From positions 1 to 40,268 of the forward strand of contig DTYS01000043.1 in the NCBI GenBank assembly GCA_012961755.1: a stretch of 40,268 bases of DNA, given 5' to 3'. Source of the stretch: Candidatus Latescibacterota bacterium. Its GTDB lineage: Bacteria > Latescibacterota > 4484-107 > B68-G9. The notes under the pieces were generated by a model. That model ran no database searches. It worked only from the letters and a program-made list of their open reading frames with translations, and was not told where the DNA came from. Positions 1 to 9,278 of this stretch are shown one piece after another. Made by a program: the position numbers and the translations under genes. The stretch's first letter is position 1; each line of letters opens with the position of its first letter.

Positions 1-69
1 TCAAATTACTTTTAAGGAACAACAATAACCAAATGATTATTTGAAACTAGCCAATCGAGATAATCCGGC

Positions 70-954
70 ATGAAAGCCATACTCGTGATAGCCGAGGACG
101 TAGAGGGTGAGGCCCTGGCCACCCTCGTGGTGAACAAGCTCAGGGGCACCCTCAGGTGCGCGGCCGTGAAGGCTCCGGGCTTCGGGGAGAGGCGCAAGGC
201 CATGCTCGAGGACATAGCCATCCTCACGGGTGGTAGGGTGATCTCCGAGGAGGCCGGGTTCAAGCTCGAGAACGCCCAGCTCTCCGACCTCGGCAAGGCC
301 AGGAAGGTGGTCATAGATAAGGACAACACCACCATAGTCGAAGGCGCCGGTGACCCCGATGCCATAAAGGGCCGCATCAACCAGATAAAGAGGCAGATAG
401 AGGAGACCACCTCGGACTACGATAGGGAGAAGCTTCAGGAGCGTCTGGCTAAGCTCGCAGGCGGGGTGGCCGAGATAAACGTGGGCGCTCCTACAGAGGC
501 CGAGATGAAGAACCGCAAGGCCTTGGTCGAGGACGCCCTCCACGCCACCAGGGCCGCGGTGGAGGAGGGGATAGTTCCCGGAGGAGGTGTAGCGTTCATA
601 AGGGCCATACCGGCCTTGGACGAGGTGGAGGCCGAGGGTGACGAGAAGATAGGTGTGGACATAGTCAAGAAGGCCCTCGAAGAGCCCCTCAAGTGGATAG
701 CCAACAACGCCGGTATGGAGGGGGCCGTGGTGGTCGAGAGGGTCAAGGAGGGCGAGGGCGCCCTCGGCTTCAACGCTGAGACCTGCGAGTTCTGCGACCT
801 CATGGAGACCGGAATAATAGACCCGACCAAGGTTGTGCGCACGGCCCTCGAGAACGCCGCAAGCGTGGCCGGACTCCTGCTCACCACCGAGGCCATGGTG
901 ACAGAGATCCCGGAGAAGGAGAAACAGACCACGCCTCCTCCTCCGGAGTACTGA
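70..954 (+). CDS. groEL: Chaperonin GroEL, C-terminal ~294 aa only (5'-truncated copy)
   Basis: The translation is collinear with the C-terminal half of GroEL: '[22 protein letters not shown]', '[24 protein letters not shown]', '[19 protein letters not shown]', '[20 protein letters not shown]', '[26 protein letters not shown]'. Homology starts abruptly at about residue 250 of a normal GroEL. There is an in-frame TAA at 61-63, and upstream of it lies an AT-rich unrelated sequence. Confidence 0.9.
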   Translation: MKAILVIAEDVEGEALATLVVNKLRGTLRCAAVKAPGFGERRKAMLEDIAILTGGRVISEEAGFKLENAQLSDLGKARKVVIDKDNTTIVEGAGDPDAIKGRINQIKRQIEETTSDYDREKLQERLAKLAGGVAEINVGAPTEAEMKNRKALVEDALHATRAAVEEGIVPGGGVAFIRAIPALDEVEAEGDEKIGVDIVKKALEEPLKWIANNAGMEGAVVVERVKEGEGALGFNAETCEFCDLMETGIIDPTKVVRTALENAASVAGLLLTTEAMVTEIPEKEKQTTPPPPEY

Positions 955-970
955 GGAGATAGGAAACCTA

Positions 971-1006
971 AGCCCCCGTGGAGATCTCCACGGGGGCTTT
1001 ATCTTT
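971..1006. terminator. Bidirectional rho-independent terminator between convergent groEL and rlpA
   Basis: A perfect 14+14 nt palindrome AGCCCCCGTGGAGA/TCTCCACGGGGGCT (971-998) is followed by TTATCTTT. It lies exactly between the groEL stop (954) and the rlpA stop (999-1001). Confidence 0.6.
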
Positions 1007-1367
1007 CCGGTCGGGCCAGTATATCTATGCGAACTTTCGCCACCCCCTTGTGCAGTATACCGAGCCCCTTGGCAGCCGCGTACGATAGATCTATCACCCT
1101 GCCCTCCACGAAGGGGCCTCTGTCGTTTATACGCACCACCACGCTCCTTCCGTTCTCAAGGTTAGTTACCATCACATATGTGCCGAAGGGCAGGGTCCTA
1201 TGAGCTGCCGTCATATCGTACATGTTGTAGATCTCCCCGCTTGCGGTCTCCTTCCCGTGGAACTTCTCCCCGTAGTAGCTCGCAAGCCCGATCTGGTAAG
1301 GCTTCGTGGTGTAGGTAGGGGCGTAGGTGCATCCCAACAGGACGAAGGTCAGGAGCACGGTCCTCAT
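999..1367 (-). CDS. rlpA: RlpA-like (DPBB domain) septal lytic transglycosylase lipoprotein
   Basis: An internal ATG at 1365-1367 gives '[13 protein letters not shown]' (signal peptide plus lipobox Cys). It is followed by the RlpA/DPBB core '[60 protein letters not shown]'. The ATG overlaps the pyrD stop as ATGA. The first 77 codons of the ORF-track call (999..1598) are Arg/Gly-rich and overlap pyrD, so I trimmed them. Confidence 0.8.
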   Translation of the reverse strand: MRTVLLTFVLLGCTYAPTYTTKPYQIGLASYYGEKFHGKETASGEIYNMYDMTAAHRTLPFGTYVMVTNLENGRSVVVRINDRGPFVEGRVIDLSYAAAKGLGILHKGVAKVRIDILARPER

Positions 1368-2290
1368 CTTCGGACCTCCAGGCTTCCAGAAAGCTCCTCC
1401 ACGGAACCGAATCCGTGTCTTTCCATGTACTCCCTTATGCCGTCCACGACCTTTAGGACCGTCCTCGGCCGGAAGAACGTGGCGGTCCCCACCTGGACCG
1501 CCCTCGCTCCCACTATGAGGAACTCCAAGGCGTCCTTTGGGGAGGATATCCCCCCTATCCCTATCACAGGAACCTGGACGGTCGACGCCACCTTCCACAC
1601 GAGCGCTAAGGCCACGGGCCTTACGGCGGGGCCCGAAAGGCCCCCGGTTACATTGCCGAGCTTGGGCCTCCTGGTCTCAACGTCCACCGCCATCCCAACT
1701 AAGGTGTTTATAAGCGAGACCGCATCGGCCCCGGCCTCCCTCACGGCCTCCGCCACCTTCACCACGTCCGATGCGTGGGGGGTAAGCTTCGCTATCACGG
1801 GCTTAGAGGTGGCCCTCCTTACTGCGGAGAGCACTTCGTAGGCCGAGTCGGGGTCGGAACCGAAGAGCATTCCACCCTTCTCCACGTTCGGGCAGGATAT
1901 GTTGACCTCCAGAGCGTCCACCCCGTCCAGGTTCAGCCTCCAGGTAAGTTCCCCGTACTCCTCGATCGTCTCCCCCGCTACGCTCACTACGACCCTCGTG
2001 TCAAATCCCCTAAGGAAGGGAAGCTTCTCGGAGATGAACCTCTCGACCCCTATGTTCTGGAGGCCTATAGCGTTGAGCATCCCCGCGGGGGTCTCGGCGA
2101 GTCTGGGGGGAGGGGCACCGTCCCTAGGCCTGAGGGTCAAAGACTTGACCACTATACCCCCGAGCTTGGACAGGTCCAGGAGGGGAGCGTACTCGTCCCC
2201 GTACCCGAACGTGCCCGATGCCACGAGCACCGGGTTCTTGAGGACGAGAGGGCCTATCCTCACAGAAAGGTTCGGTTCACCTCTTGACAA
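1364..2290 (-). CDS. pyrD: Dihydroorotate dehydrogenase, class 1B-type catalytic subunit
   Basis: Motifs '[18 protein letters not shown]', '[10 protein letters not shown]', '[10 protein letters not shown]', '[13 protein letters not shown]' and 'IGIGGI'. The start is TTG at 2290, preceded by GGGAGG with a 5-nt spacer. No pyrK is adjacent. Confidence 0.9.
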   Translation of the reverse strand: MSRGEPNLSVRIGPLVLKNPVLVASGTFGYGDEYAPLLDLSKLGGIVVKSLTLRPRDGAPPPRLAETPAGMLNAIGLQNIGVERFISEKLPFLRGFDTRVVVSVAGETIEEYGELTWRLNLDGVDALEVNISCPNVEKGGMLFGSDPDSAYEVLSAVRRATSKPVIAKLTPHASDVVKVAEAVREAGADAVSLINTLVGMAVDVETRRPKLGNVTGGLSGPAVRPVALALVWKVASTVQVPVIGIGGISSPKDALEFLIVGARAVQVGTATFFRPRTVLKVVDGIREYMERHGFGSVEELSGSLEVRR

Positions 2291-2312
2291 GAGGACCTCC
2301 CGTGTTTATCCT
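2284..2312 (+). promoter_or_regulatory. Candidate sigma70-type promoter (TTGACA-17-TATCCT) for the small ORF/DUF192 pair
   Basis: TTGACA at 2284-2289, a 17-nt spacer, then TATCCT at 2307-2312. It lies about 40 nt upstream of the RBS (AAGGAGGT) and start at 2351, and overlaps the divergent pyrD start. Confidence 0.3.
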
Positions 2313-2350
2313 TAGATCGCTTGGAGCTTTCTTCAGGAAAGGAGGTAAGG

Positions 2351-2557
2351 TTGGGTAGCAAGTGGCTGACGCCCAGGGAAGTAGCAAAGACATTGGGTCC
2401 GGAGAAGTGCAGGAAGCTACTGGACGACCTTGTATACAACAGGAGGACCCAGAGGGAGATAGTCGAGGCGGTCATGCAGGAGGCGGACTGTACGGAATAT
2501 TCGGCCACCGACTTCCTCAGGGAGCTGACCCGGAACCCGGAGTTCACCAAGGGGTAG
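2351..2557 (+). CDS. Small hypothetical protein (68 aa), possible helix-turn-helix
   Basis: A TTG start at 2351 lies 4 nt after the strong RBS AAGGAGGT (2341-2346 region). 'WLTPREVAKTLG' resembles the first helix and turn of small excisionase/MerR-like HTH proteins. I recognise no family with confidence. Confidence 0.4.
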   Translation: MGSKWLTPREVAKTLGPEKCRKLLDDLVYNRRTQREIVEAVMQEADCTEYSATDFLRELTRNPEFTKG

Positions 2558-2560
2558 TCC

Positions 2561-3058
2561 ATGCCCAAGTGCGTCGTGTTCCTCCTCGGCCTGGCCCTGG
2601 CCTGCGGCAGGTCCCCTCCACCCGAGCACGGACTTGCGGACGGGGATAAGGTCTGGATATCGGTGGGAGGGGTGCCGCTGAAGGTGGAGGTTGCCTCCAC
2701 CCCTGAGAGCAGGAGCCAGGGACTTAAGTTCAGGAAGGGGATGGGATGGGACGAGGGGATGTTGTTCGCCTTCGACAGGGAGGCCATGTACGGGTTCTGG
2801 ATGAAGGACACCTTTATCCCCCTTTCGATAGCCTTCATAGATTCCCGGAGGACCATAGTCGCCATAGAGGACATGGAACCTTTAGATGAGAGCATCCATC
2901 TTCCACCAAGGCCCGTGCTCTACGCCTTGGAGGTCCACAGGGGCTGGCTCAGGGCCCGCGGAGTGAGGGTGGGGGATAAAATAGAGTTCCTAACTTCTCC
3001 TCCCGAGCCTCGGGACACCATCGGGGACGAGGGCCCCTCCGGAGGAGAGGAGCTTTGA
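2561..3058 (+). CDS. DUF192 domain lipoprotein
   Basis: Signal peptide and lipobox 'LLGLALAC', followed by the DUF192 pattern 'GLKFRKGMGWDEGMLFAF...GFWMKDTFIPLSIAFID...ALEV..GW'. The low-complexity C-terminal tail overlaps the 3' end of convergent kamA by 69 nt. Confidence 0.8.
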   Translation: MPKCVVFLLGLALACGRSPPPEHGLADGDKVWISVGGVPLKVEVASTPESRSQGLKFRKGMGWDEGMLFAFDREAMYGFWMKDTFIPLSIAFIDSRRTIVAIEDMEPLDESIHLPPRPVLYALEVHRGWLRARGVRVGDKIEFLTSPPEPRDTIGDEGPSGGEEL

Positions 3059-4189
3059 CACCCCCTGGCCTCCACCTTCCTCCCCTCTCCCGTCCAAAGG
3101 ATAGGCCACCAGGAGCCCCTCGTAGTTCCTGAACACGGCCATCTTCTCCCCCGAGGTCAGGAGGTAGTTCGGGCCCACGGGTACCTTCCCGGCACCGTAC
3201 GGCAGGTCCACCACGTAATGTGGGACCCCGAGCCCTGAGATATGTCCCCTCAGGCCCTCCATCACCTCGTTTCCCCTCCCGAGGCTCGTCCTGAAGTGCA
3301 TGGTCCCCTTGACAGGGTCGCCATGGAGGATGTAGTAAGGCTTGACCTTTACGGCCAGGAGCCTCCTCATAAGCTCCCTCATGACCCTTGGAGAGTCGTT
3401 CACGTTCCTAAGGAGCACGGTCTGGCTTAGCACGGGGATTCCAAGCCTGAGGACCCTCCATACCACCTCCCCCGCCTCGGGGGTGACCTCACGGGGGTGG
3501 TTGAAGTGGACCACCATCCATAGCTTCCTGCTGTACCTCTCGAGCACGTTTAAAAGCTCCGGGTCCGAGAACCTTTGGGGGAGGGTGGCGGGTTCCCTGG
3601 CCCCGAGCCTCACGACCTTTACATGGGGTATCTGGCATATTCCCTTCAGGATCTCCTCCAACTTCCTTGGGGGGAGGCAGAGGGGACTTCCCCCCGATAT
3701 CAGGACGTCCCTTACCCCAGGATGTGCCCTTATGTAACGGAACCACTCGCCTACATCCGGCTCCTCCCACCTGCACCATATCCTCTTCCTCGTACAGTGC
3801 CTGCAGTAAGTAGGGCAGAAGTTCGTGGTCACCAGTAGCACCCTGTCCGGGTACCTGTGGGTTAGGCCGGGAACCGGGGAGTCCATGGTCTCGTCCAGAG
3901 GATCGTCCTCGCCAACGCTGTCGAGCTCATCCGGGCGTGGCACAGCCTGGAGCCTTACGGGGTCGGAAGGGTCGCGGAGGTCCTCTACGAGCGACAGGTA
4001 ATGCGGGGTTATCCTCATGGGGTAGACCTTCGAAACTTCTGCTATCGCCTTCCTCTCGTCCTCGGAAAGTGGGAGAAGTTCTGCTAAGGCGTCCGCGTCG
4101 CATACGGAGTTCTCCACCTGCCACCTCCAGTCCATCCACCTCCCCTCGGGAACTTCCCTCCAGGTTGCGAACTTACTCCACCTGCGCAT
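2990..4189 (-). CDS. kamA: KamA-family radical SAM enzyme (lysine 2,3-aminomutase-like)
   Basis: Radical-SAM cluster motif 'CPTYCRHCTRK' (CxxxCxxC). KamA-type N-terminus 'WRWQVENSV' and 'PMRITPHYLSL', plus 'LISGGSPL' and 'VKPYYILHGDPVKGTMHFR'. No ablB-like acetyltransferase is adjacent. Confidence 0.85.
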   Translation of the reverse strand: MRRWSKFATWREVPEGRWMDWRWQVENSVCDADALAELLPLSEDERKAIAEVSKVYPMRITPHYLSLVEDLRDPSDPVRLQAVPRPDELDSVGEDDPLDETMDSPVPGLTHRYPDRVLLVTTNFCPTYCRHCTRKRIWCRWEEPDVGEWFRYIRAHPGVRDVLISGGSPLCLPPRKLEEILKGICQIPHVKVVRLGAREPATLPQRFSDPELLNVLERYSRKLWMVVHFNHPREVTPEAGEVVWRVLRLGIPVLSQTVLLRNVNDSPRVMRELMRRLLAVKVKPYYILHGDPVKGTMHFRTSLGRGNEVMEGLRGHISGLGVPHYVVDLPYGAGKVPVGPNYLLTSGEKMAVFRNYEGLLVAYPLDGRGEEGGGQGVSKLLSSGGALVPDGVPRLGRRS

Positions 4190-4195
4190 CTTCCT

Positions 4196-5143
4196 TCACC
4201 ACCTTGAACTCGGGTCGGACTTCACTCCAGCAAGCTCCAGGGCCCTCCTCACGAACCCTCCGGCCCTCTCCAAGAGTTCCCGTGCCTCGGGGGCACCTAC
4301 CCCGGCCAATACCATCACTATGGCGGTCTTCACGTGTCCTCCGGCCTCCTTTAGGAGGCCGGAGGCCTCCTCATAGTCCACACCCGTCACCATCATCACC
4401 ACCCTCTTGGAACGTTCCACAAGCTTCTGGCTCGTTGCCTGGAGGTCCACCATCATGTTCCCGTAGACCTTGCCGAGCTTTATCATGGCCGTCGTGGTGA
4501 GCATGTTGAGCACGAGCTTCTGGGCCGTCCCGGACTTCATCCTCGTAGAACCCATCACGACCTCGGGCCCTACGACGGGGCATATGGCCACGTCCACATC
4601 GACGTTGAGCTCCTCCCTCGGGGTGCAAGTTAGGAAGAAGGTCTTCGCCCCAACTCTCCTTGCGTACTCCAAGGCTCCGAGGACGTAGGGCGTCCTCCTG
4701 CTCGCAGCTATCCCCATCACGACGTCCCCTGAGGTCACCCCGCGCTCCCTGAGGTCCCTGGCCCCGTCCTCCCTGCTGTCCTCCGCCCCCTCCTGAGCCC
4801 ATACCAAGGCCTTGTACCCCCCCGCTATGATCCCCTGTATCATCTCTGGATCGGTCCCGTATGTTGGAGGACACTCGGCGGCGTCCAGCATCCCTAACCT
4901 CCCGCTCGTCCCTGCTCCCACGTAGAACAGCTTCCCCCCCCTTTTAAAGGTCTCCACGAGTATCTCTACCGCCTCGGCTATGTACGGTATCTCCTTAACC
5001 ACGGCGTAGGGGACACCCCTGTCCTCCTCGTTTATGAGGAGGAGGACCTCCTCGGTGGTGAGCACATCTAAGTCCAAGGTCCTCGGGTTCCGTCCTTCGG
5101 TTACGAGGTCCCTTATCTCGTCGAATACCGGACTCCTTCCCAT
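4196..5143 (-). CDS. murQ: N-acetylmuramic acid 6-phosphate etherase
   Basis: SIS-domain MurQ pattern 'GRNPRTLDLD', 'GGKLFYVGAGTSGRLGMLDAAECPPTYG', 'STRMKSGTAQKLVLNM' and 'GNMMVDLQATSQKL'. Confidence 0.9.
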   Translation of the reverse strand: MGRSPVFDEIRDLVTEGRNPRTLDLDVLTTEEVLLLINEEDRGVPYAVVKEIPYIAEAVEILVETFKRGGKLFYVGAGTSGRLGMLDAAECPPTYGTDPEMIQGIIAGGYKALVWAQEGAEDSREDGARDLRERGVTSGDVVMGIAASRRTPYVLGALEYARRVGAKTFFLTCTPREELNVDVDVAICPVVGPEVVMGSTRMKSGTAQKLVLNMLTTTAMIKLGKVYGNMMVDLQATSQKLVERSKRVVMMVTGVDYEEASGLLKEAGGHVKTAIVMVLAGVGAPEARELLERAGGFVRRALELAGVKSDPSSRW

Positions 5144-5144
5144 G

Positions 5145-6259
5145 TCAACAAAAATTATCTGAGCGAAGGGGCCCCTGAGGAAGGATCACGGCCTTCACGG
5201 CAGTCCTGCTCCTTACGAATTTCAAGGCCTCGTTCGCCTCGTGAAGCCCGAACCTGTGCGTCACGAGATGGGAGAAGTCGTCCTTCCTGTCTAAAATGAG
5301 CTCAAGGGCCATCCTCGTGTGCTCGGTGTGGCTGACCCAGACCCCGTAAAGGGCCAGGTCCCTCACCTCAAGGTCGCTATATACGTCCAAGGTCACCGAC
5401 CCTGCGGGGACTCCGAAGCCCATCGAGAGGTAGCTTCCACCCCTCCTTACGAGCTTGAGGCCCTCGACCAGGACCCTCGGGTTCCCCACGGCCTCGTAGG
5501 CCAGGTCCACGCCCCTACCGTCCGTGAGCCCGAGGACGAAGTCCCTACGTTCCTCCTCTGTAGTCTCCTTCCTATTCAGGGTATGGGTGGCCCCGAGCCT
5601 CCTCCCGACCTCGAGCCTGCTTTCCGTGCCTCCGACTAAGATCACCGGGTCCGCCCCGAACTTCCTTGCGAAGGCCACAGCGAAGAGTCCCAAAGGCCCG
5701 GGCCCCTGGACCAACACGGCCTCCCCCTTCCTCGGGGGCCTCAGGGAGACCGCATGTGCAGCTGTGGCCCCCGAGCAGGAGGCGGGGACCAGGACCGCCG
5801 GGTCCAGGTCATCGGGCACCTGGAAGATGTCGGTCTTGGGATCGAGGATCACATATTGCGAGTAACATCCGTTGAGGCCGGGAGGGTCGTCTAAGGAGCG
5901 GTGGATCCCGTAGACCCACCTTTCGGGGCACAGCCAGGGCTGTCCTGCCTTCGTGCACCAGTAACACCTTCCGCACACCACCCCCCTGTTCCAAAGCACC
6001 CTGTCCCCCTCCCTCACGGAGGTGCCGTCCACGTACTTCTTGCCCCTCACCTCACCGCCCTTCCCACCCCTTCGTGGCCGAGTATGATGGGAAGGGGGAC
6101 CCTCGGGTCCTCCCCGTCGGCCATGTGGACATCGGAACCGCAGACCCCTGAAGCTTCGAGCATTACGAGGACCTGACCTTCTCCGAGCTCGGGGACTTCG
6201 ATCTCCTTCGGCCTTAAAGGCTCGCCGAAGGCCTCCAGGACCACGGCCTCGCAGGTCAC
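5145..6259 (-). pseudogene. Zn-dependent medium-chain alcohol/polyol dehydrogenase, interrupted by a 1-nt frameshift
   Basis: The N-terminus ('...GVCGSDVHMADGE...PIILGHEGVG', ORF 6047..6259) and the remainder lie in frames offset by one nucleotide. The remainder is '...EVRGKKYVDG...CGRCYWCTKAGQPWLC...LVQGPGPLGLFAV...', ORF 5145..6281. Only 8 nt (6054-6061) separate GHEGVG from EVRGKK, where a multiple of 3 is required. Confidence 0.75.
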
Positions 6260-6912
6260 CCCTCCCCCCCAGAAAGTTCAAATACGCATTCCTCCTTCAG
6301 GGGACACCTCCCGCACTCGGGCCTCAGGGCGTGGCATATTTCCCTTCCGAAGCGGATGAGGTTGAGGTGGAGGGGATAGGTCATGCCCTCCGGGACCAGT
6401 TCCCCGAGGAGCCTGTGGGCCTCCTTAAGGGACGCACTGCGGGGGATGAGGCCGAGCCTTTTGCTCACCCTGTGGATGTGGGTGTCCACTGGGAAGACGT
6501 CCTTCCCGCACGCGAAGAGCAGCACGACGCTTGCGCTCTTGACCCCGACGCCCTTAAGGCCGCAGAGGAGTTCCATGGCCTCCCGTGCCTCCATATCGCA
6601 CACGGGAAGGACGAAATCTCCGAACCTCTCCCTCGTCCATCTTAGGATCCCCTTTATCCTCTCCGCCTTCATGGCGGAGAGCCCACCGACCTTTATGGCC
6701 TCGGCGACCTCGTCCGCGGGCGCCTCGAGGACGTTCTCCCACGCGGGGAACCTCTCCTTCAGGTTCCTGTACGCCCTGCCGCTGTTCCTGTCGTTGGTGT
6801 TCTGGGAGAGCACGGTCCTTACGAGGACCTCCAGGGGGTCCCTGGGACCTGGCCACTCGGGGACCCCGTAGAGGGCTTCCAAGGCCTCGGCTATGCGTAG
6901 GAGCTTATCCAT
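6256..6912 (-). CDS. nth: Endonuclease III family DNA glycosylase/AP lyase
   Basis: HhH-GPD motif 'LCGLKGVGVKSASVVLLF', 'VDTHIHRVSKRLG', and the [4Fe-4S] loop 'CHALRPECGRCPLKEEC' (C-x6-C-x2-C-x5-C). Its stop overlaps the ADH start as ATGA. Confidence 0.9.
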   Translation of the reverse strand: MDKLLRIAEALEALYGVPEWPGPRDPLEVLVRTVLSQNTNDRNSGRAYRNLKERFPAWENVLEAPADEVAEAIKVGGLSAMKAERIKGILRWTRERFGDFVLPVCDMEAREAMELLCGLKGVGVKSASVVLLFACGKDVFPVDTHIHRVSKRLGLIPRSASLKEAHRLLGELVPEGMTYPLHLNLIRFGREICHALRPECGRCPLKEECVFELSGGEG

Positions 6913-7929
6913 CTACCCTGGCTCGCAGAGGATGGCTTTCCCATCTACGAGGAACCTCACAGGAAGGAAATGCTCTACGACCCAGATGTTGGTCCTAGCA
7001 TGTTCTGTTACCCGGGAGGCCCTGACTTCCATCCTCTCCCCGTGGTCGAGGGCCGAGAACGCCATAAACGGCAATATCTGGTCCGCCATCCATTCGTCCA
7101 ACGGAGCTTCGGACTCCACCTGCGCCCTCAGAAGCTCGGCGGCCTCCCTCCCGACCTGCTCTGCCCGTTTCCCCCTCTCCCCTAAGGCGTCGCCTCCCAA
7201 GGTCCCACCTTCGTACCTCGCCCAGGCGTGAAGGCAGGAACCGGGGCTCGAGGACTCGACGTAGCGGACCTTCACTTCCGCCTCGGGAAAGATCCTCAAG
7301 AAGGCCTCGACCTGGCGCTCGGCTACTCTGGCCTCCCTGAGGCTCCCCGAAGCTATGCTCTCGGCGTACACCCCTTCGAGCTTCCCCCTCTCGACGAACT
7401 TCACCCGACCGAGCTTACCGGGGGAGACCTTCGCCTTGACCCTCCCCCCTCCCTTAGGGTAGAACCCGTGGCGGACGACATCTACATCGACCTCAGTCCC
7501 GAGCTCGGCCAGGTACCAGCAGAGGACATCCTTGAAGTATCCCACCGTAGGGCTCCAGGCCACGCACGTTCCACCTGTAAGGTCGAGCTGTACCTCACCC
7601 CCGGCCCGGAGGGCTACGGGAAGCAGGGTCTGGAGCACGAGGGTTACCGCTCCTGCCGTGCCGACATCTATCCTGTAGGAGCCCGGACGGACCGCCCTGG
7701 GACGGAAGGTAACCTCGGAGGACCCTACCTCATCCCCCTCGACCTCGGCCCCGCACATCCGTGCGGCAGCCCTGAGCCCCACGAGGTGCTGGGGTCTGAG
7801 GCCGGGATTGGGCCTCCTTCTCCTGATGCTGTGTATGCGACAGGGGATCCCGGTGGCGGCCGAAAGCGCCACTGAGGTCCTCAGTATCTGACCCCCAGCC
7901 TCTCCGTAGGAACCGTCTATCTCTATCAC
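6913..7929 (-). CDS. rtcA: RNA 3'-terminal phosphate cyclase
   Basis: 'IEIDGSYGEAGGQILRTSVALSAATGIPCRIHSIRRRRPNPGLRPQHL' and 'GAVTLVLQTLLP' match the RtcA family. The stop abuts the nth start with a 0-nt gap. No rtcB or rtcR is in the window. Confidence 0.9.
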   Translation of the reverse strand: MIEIDGSYGEAGGQILRTSVALSAATGIPCRIHSIRRRRPNPGLRPQHLVGLRAAARMCGAEVEGDEVGSSEVTFRPRAVRPGSYRIDVGTAGAVTLVLQTLLPVALRAGGEVQLDLTGGTCVAWSPTVGYFKDVLCWYLAELGTEVDVDVVRHGFYPKGGGRVKAKVSPGKLGRVKFVERGKLEGVYAESIASGSLREARVAERQVEAFLRIFPEAEVKVRYVESSSPGSCLHAWARYEGGTLGGDALGERGKRAEQVGREAAELLRAQVESEAPLDEWMADQILPFMAFSALDHGERMEVRASRVTEHARTNIWVVEHFLPVRFLVDGKAILCEPG

Positions 7930-9278
7930 AGCTCCATTACGAGTTCTTTGAACTTCTTTCCCCTCTCCTCGTAGTTCCTGAAAGTATCGTAGCTTGCAGA
8001 TGCGGGAGATAGCAGCACTATGTCCCCGGGAACGGCCGAGCGCGAGGCCTCCTCCAGGGCCTCCTCCAAGGAGGAGCAGAGCTTTAAGCGAGGTCCCCTT
8101 ATAAGCTCGGCAAGCTTGAGGCCGGTCCCACCCAAAAGTAGGACCACCTTGGTCCTCGAGGATATCTCACCCGCGAGCTTTTCGAGGGGAAGTCCCTTGT
8201 CGTAGCCCCCCGCTATGAGCACTACCCTTCCGTCGAAGGCCCTGAGGGCTGCTACCGTCGCCTCGGGCGTGGTCGCCTTGGAGTCGTTGTAGTACCTGAC
8301 CCCCTTCACCTCCCTCACGAACTCCAACCTGTGCTCGAGTCCCCTGAACCTCATTACACCTTCCCTTACGACCTCAGGATCCGCTCCTAAGGCCAAAGCA
8401 GCCGCGGAGGCGGCCATAGCGTTGTACAGGTTGTGGAGGCCCGGCAGGGAAAGGTCGTCCCTTTTAAACAGGAACCTTCCGTCGGCTAAGACCTCGTCCC
8501 CCCTGAGGAACACCCCATCGACCTCCTCACCCGCAGAGAACCCTACGACCCTCCCTTTCAATTCGTACGCCCAGCTCCAGACCAAGGGGTCGTCCCTGTT
8601 GAGCACTGCAAGGTCGTCGGGGCCCTGGAACCTTACTATGTTCCTCTTGGCATCCAGGTAAGCTTCGAACGTCTTATGTCTATCTAGATGGTCCGGGGAG
8701 AGGTTAAGGACCACAGCTACCTGCGGGCTCCTCCGGACATGTTTCAGCGATTCGAGCTGGAAGCTGGAAAGCTCCAGGACCAGAGGGACATCCTGGGGAA
8801 GGGATTCGACCTCATCCAGAAGCGAGCCCCCCAGGTTCCCCCCCACGAGGACCCTCGGGTCGCGTGTGCGGAGGATCTCACCTAAGAGGGCCGTGGTCGT
8901 GGACTTTCCGTTTGAACCCGTGACCCCGACTATACGGGACCTGCAGAGCAGGAAGATGAGGTTGTCGCGCCAGATTATCGGGACCCCAGCATCCCATGCA
9001 GCCTTGAGGTAGGGGGAATCCGGGGGCACGGCAGGACCGGGCACCACGAGGTCTGAGCTTACGAAATCCTCCTTCCTGTGCCCTCCAAACACGAAGCGCA
9101 CGGGAAGGCCGGAAAGTGCGTCCACGGCCTCACGGAGTTCCTCCTCGGGCTTCAGGTCCGTGACGGTGACTTGGGCTCCCTTCCTCAGGAAGAACCTCAC
9201 GGCCCCTACGCCCCCACCGAAGGTCCCGAGGCCCACTATGAGGACCTTCTTACCCTTGAAGTCATACATACCTCGCAC
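7926..9278 (-). CDS. murD: UDP-N-acetylmuramoylalanine--D-glutamate ligase
   Basis: 'KKVLIVGLGTFGGGVGAVRFF', the P-loop 'GVTGSNGKSTTTALL', 'NLSPDHLDRH' and 'DSKATTPEA'. The start is GTG at 9278 or ATG at 9269; both overlap the thrB stop. Confidence 0.9.
   Translation of the reverse strand: MRGMYDFKGKKVLIVGLGTFGGGVGAVRFFLRKGAQVTVTDLKPEEELREAVDALSGLPVRFVFGGHRKEDFVSSDLVVPGPAVPPDSPYLKAAWDAGVPIIWRDNLIFLLCRSRIVGVTGSNGKSTTTALLGEILRTRDPRVLVGGNLGGSLLDEVESLPQDVPLVLELSSFQLESLKHVRRSPQVAVVLNLSPDHLDRHKTFEAYLDAKRNIVRFQGPDDLAVLNRDDPLVWSWAYELKGRVVGFSAGEEVDGVFLRGDEVLADGRFLFKRDDLSLPGLHNLYNAMAASAAALALGADPEVVREGVMRFRGLEHRLEFVREVKGVRYYNDSKATTPEATVAALRAFDGRVVLIAGGYDKGLPLEKLAGEISSRTKVVLLLGGTGLKLAELIRGPRLKLCSSLEEALEEASRSAVPGDIVLLSPASASYDTFRNYEERGKKFKELVMEL

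Noticed and set aside
1368-1598. Long N-terminal extensions in the ORF track for rlpA (to 1598), thrB (to 10275), flavin reductase (to 10688), amidohydrolase (from 18399), LarA-like (from 20418), FGGY kinase (from 21509), purB (from 32396), mtnA (from 34945), DJ-1 (from 35934) and both DUF362 genes.
   Set aside because: The extensions overlap the upstream gene, lack an RBS and are compositionally aberrant. In each case an internal start with an SD or an ATGA/TTGA junction coincides with the start of family homology.
2990-4189. KamA-family radical SAM gene as the seed of a natural-product or compatible-solute (N-epsilon-acetyl-beta-lysine) cluster.
   Set aside because: There is no adjacent acetyltransferase (ablB), peptide precursor or tailoring gene. 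Its neighbours are murQ and a convergent DUF192 gene.
3937-4500. Pro/Arg/Ser-rich ORFs that look like disordered or basic proteins: 3937..4500 (+), 9078..9647 (+), 6585..6998 (+), 18266..18655 (-).
   Set aside because: They lie antisense to or out of frame with kamA/murQ, murD/thrB, nth/rtcA and the OYE/amidohydrolase genes. Their composition is what off-frame translation of GC-rich coding sequence gives.
6050-6281. An Arg/Gly/Pro-rich 75-aa N-terminus on the 378-aa ORF 5145..6281.
   Set aside because: It is the wrong-frame reading across the true ADH N-terminus (6047..6259), an artefact of the 1-nt frameshift and not a novel domain.
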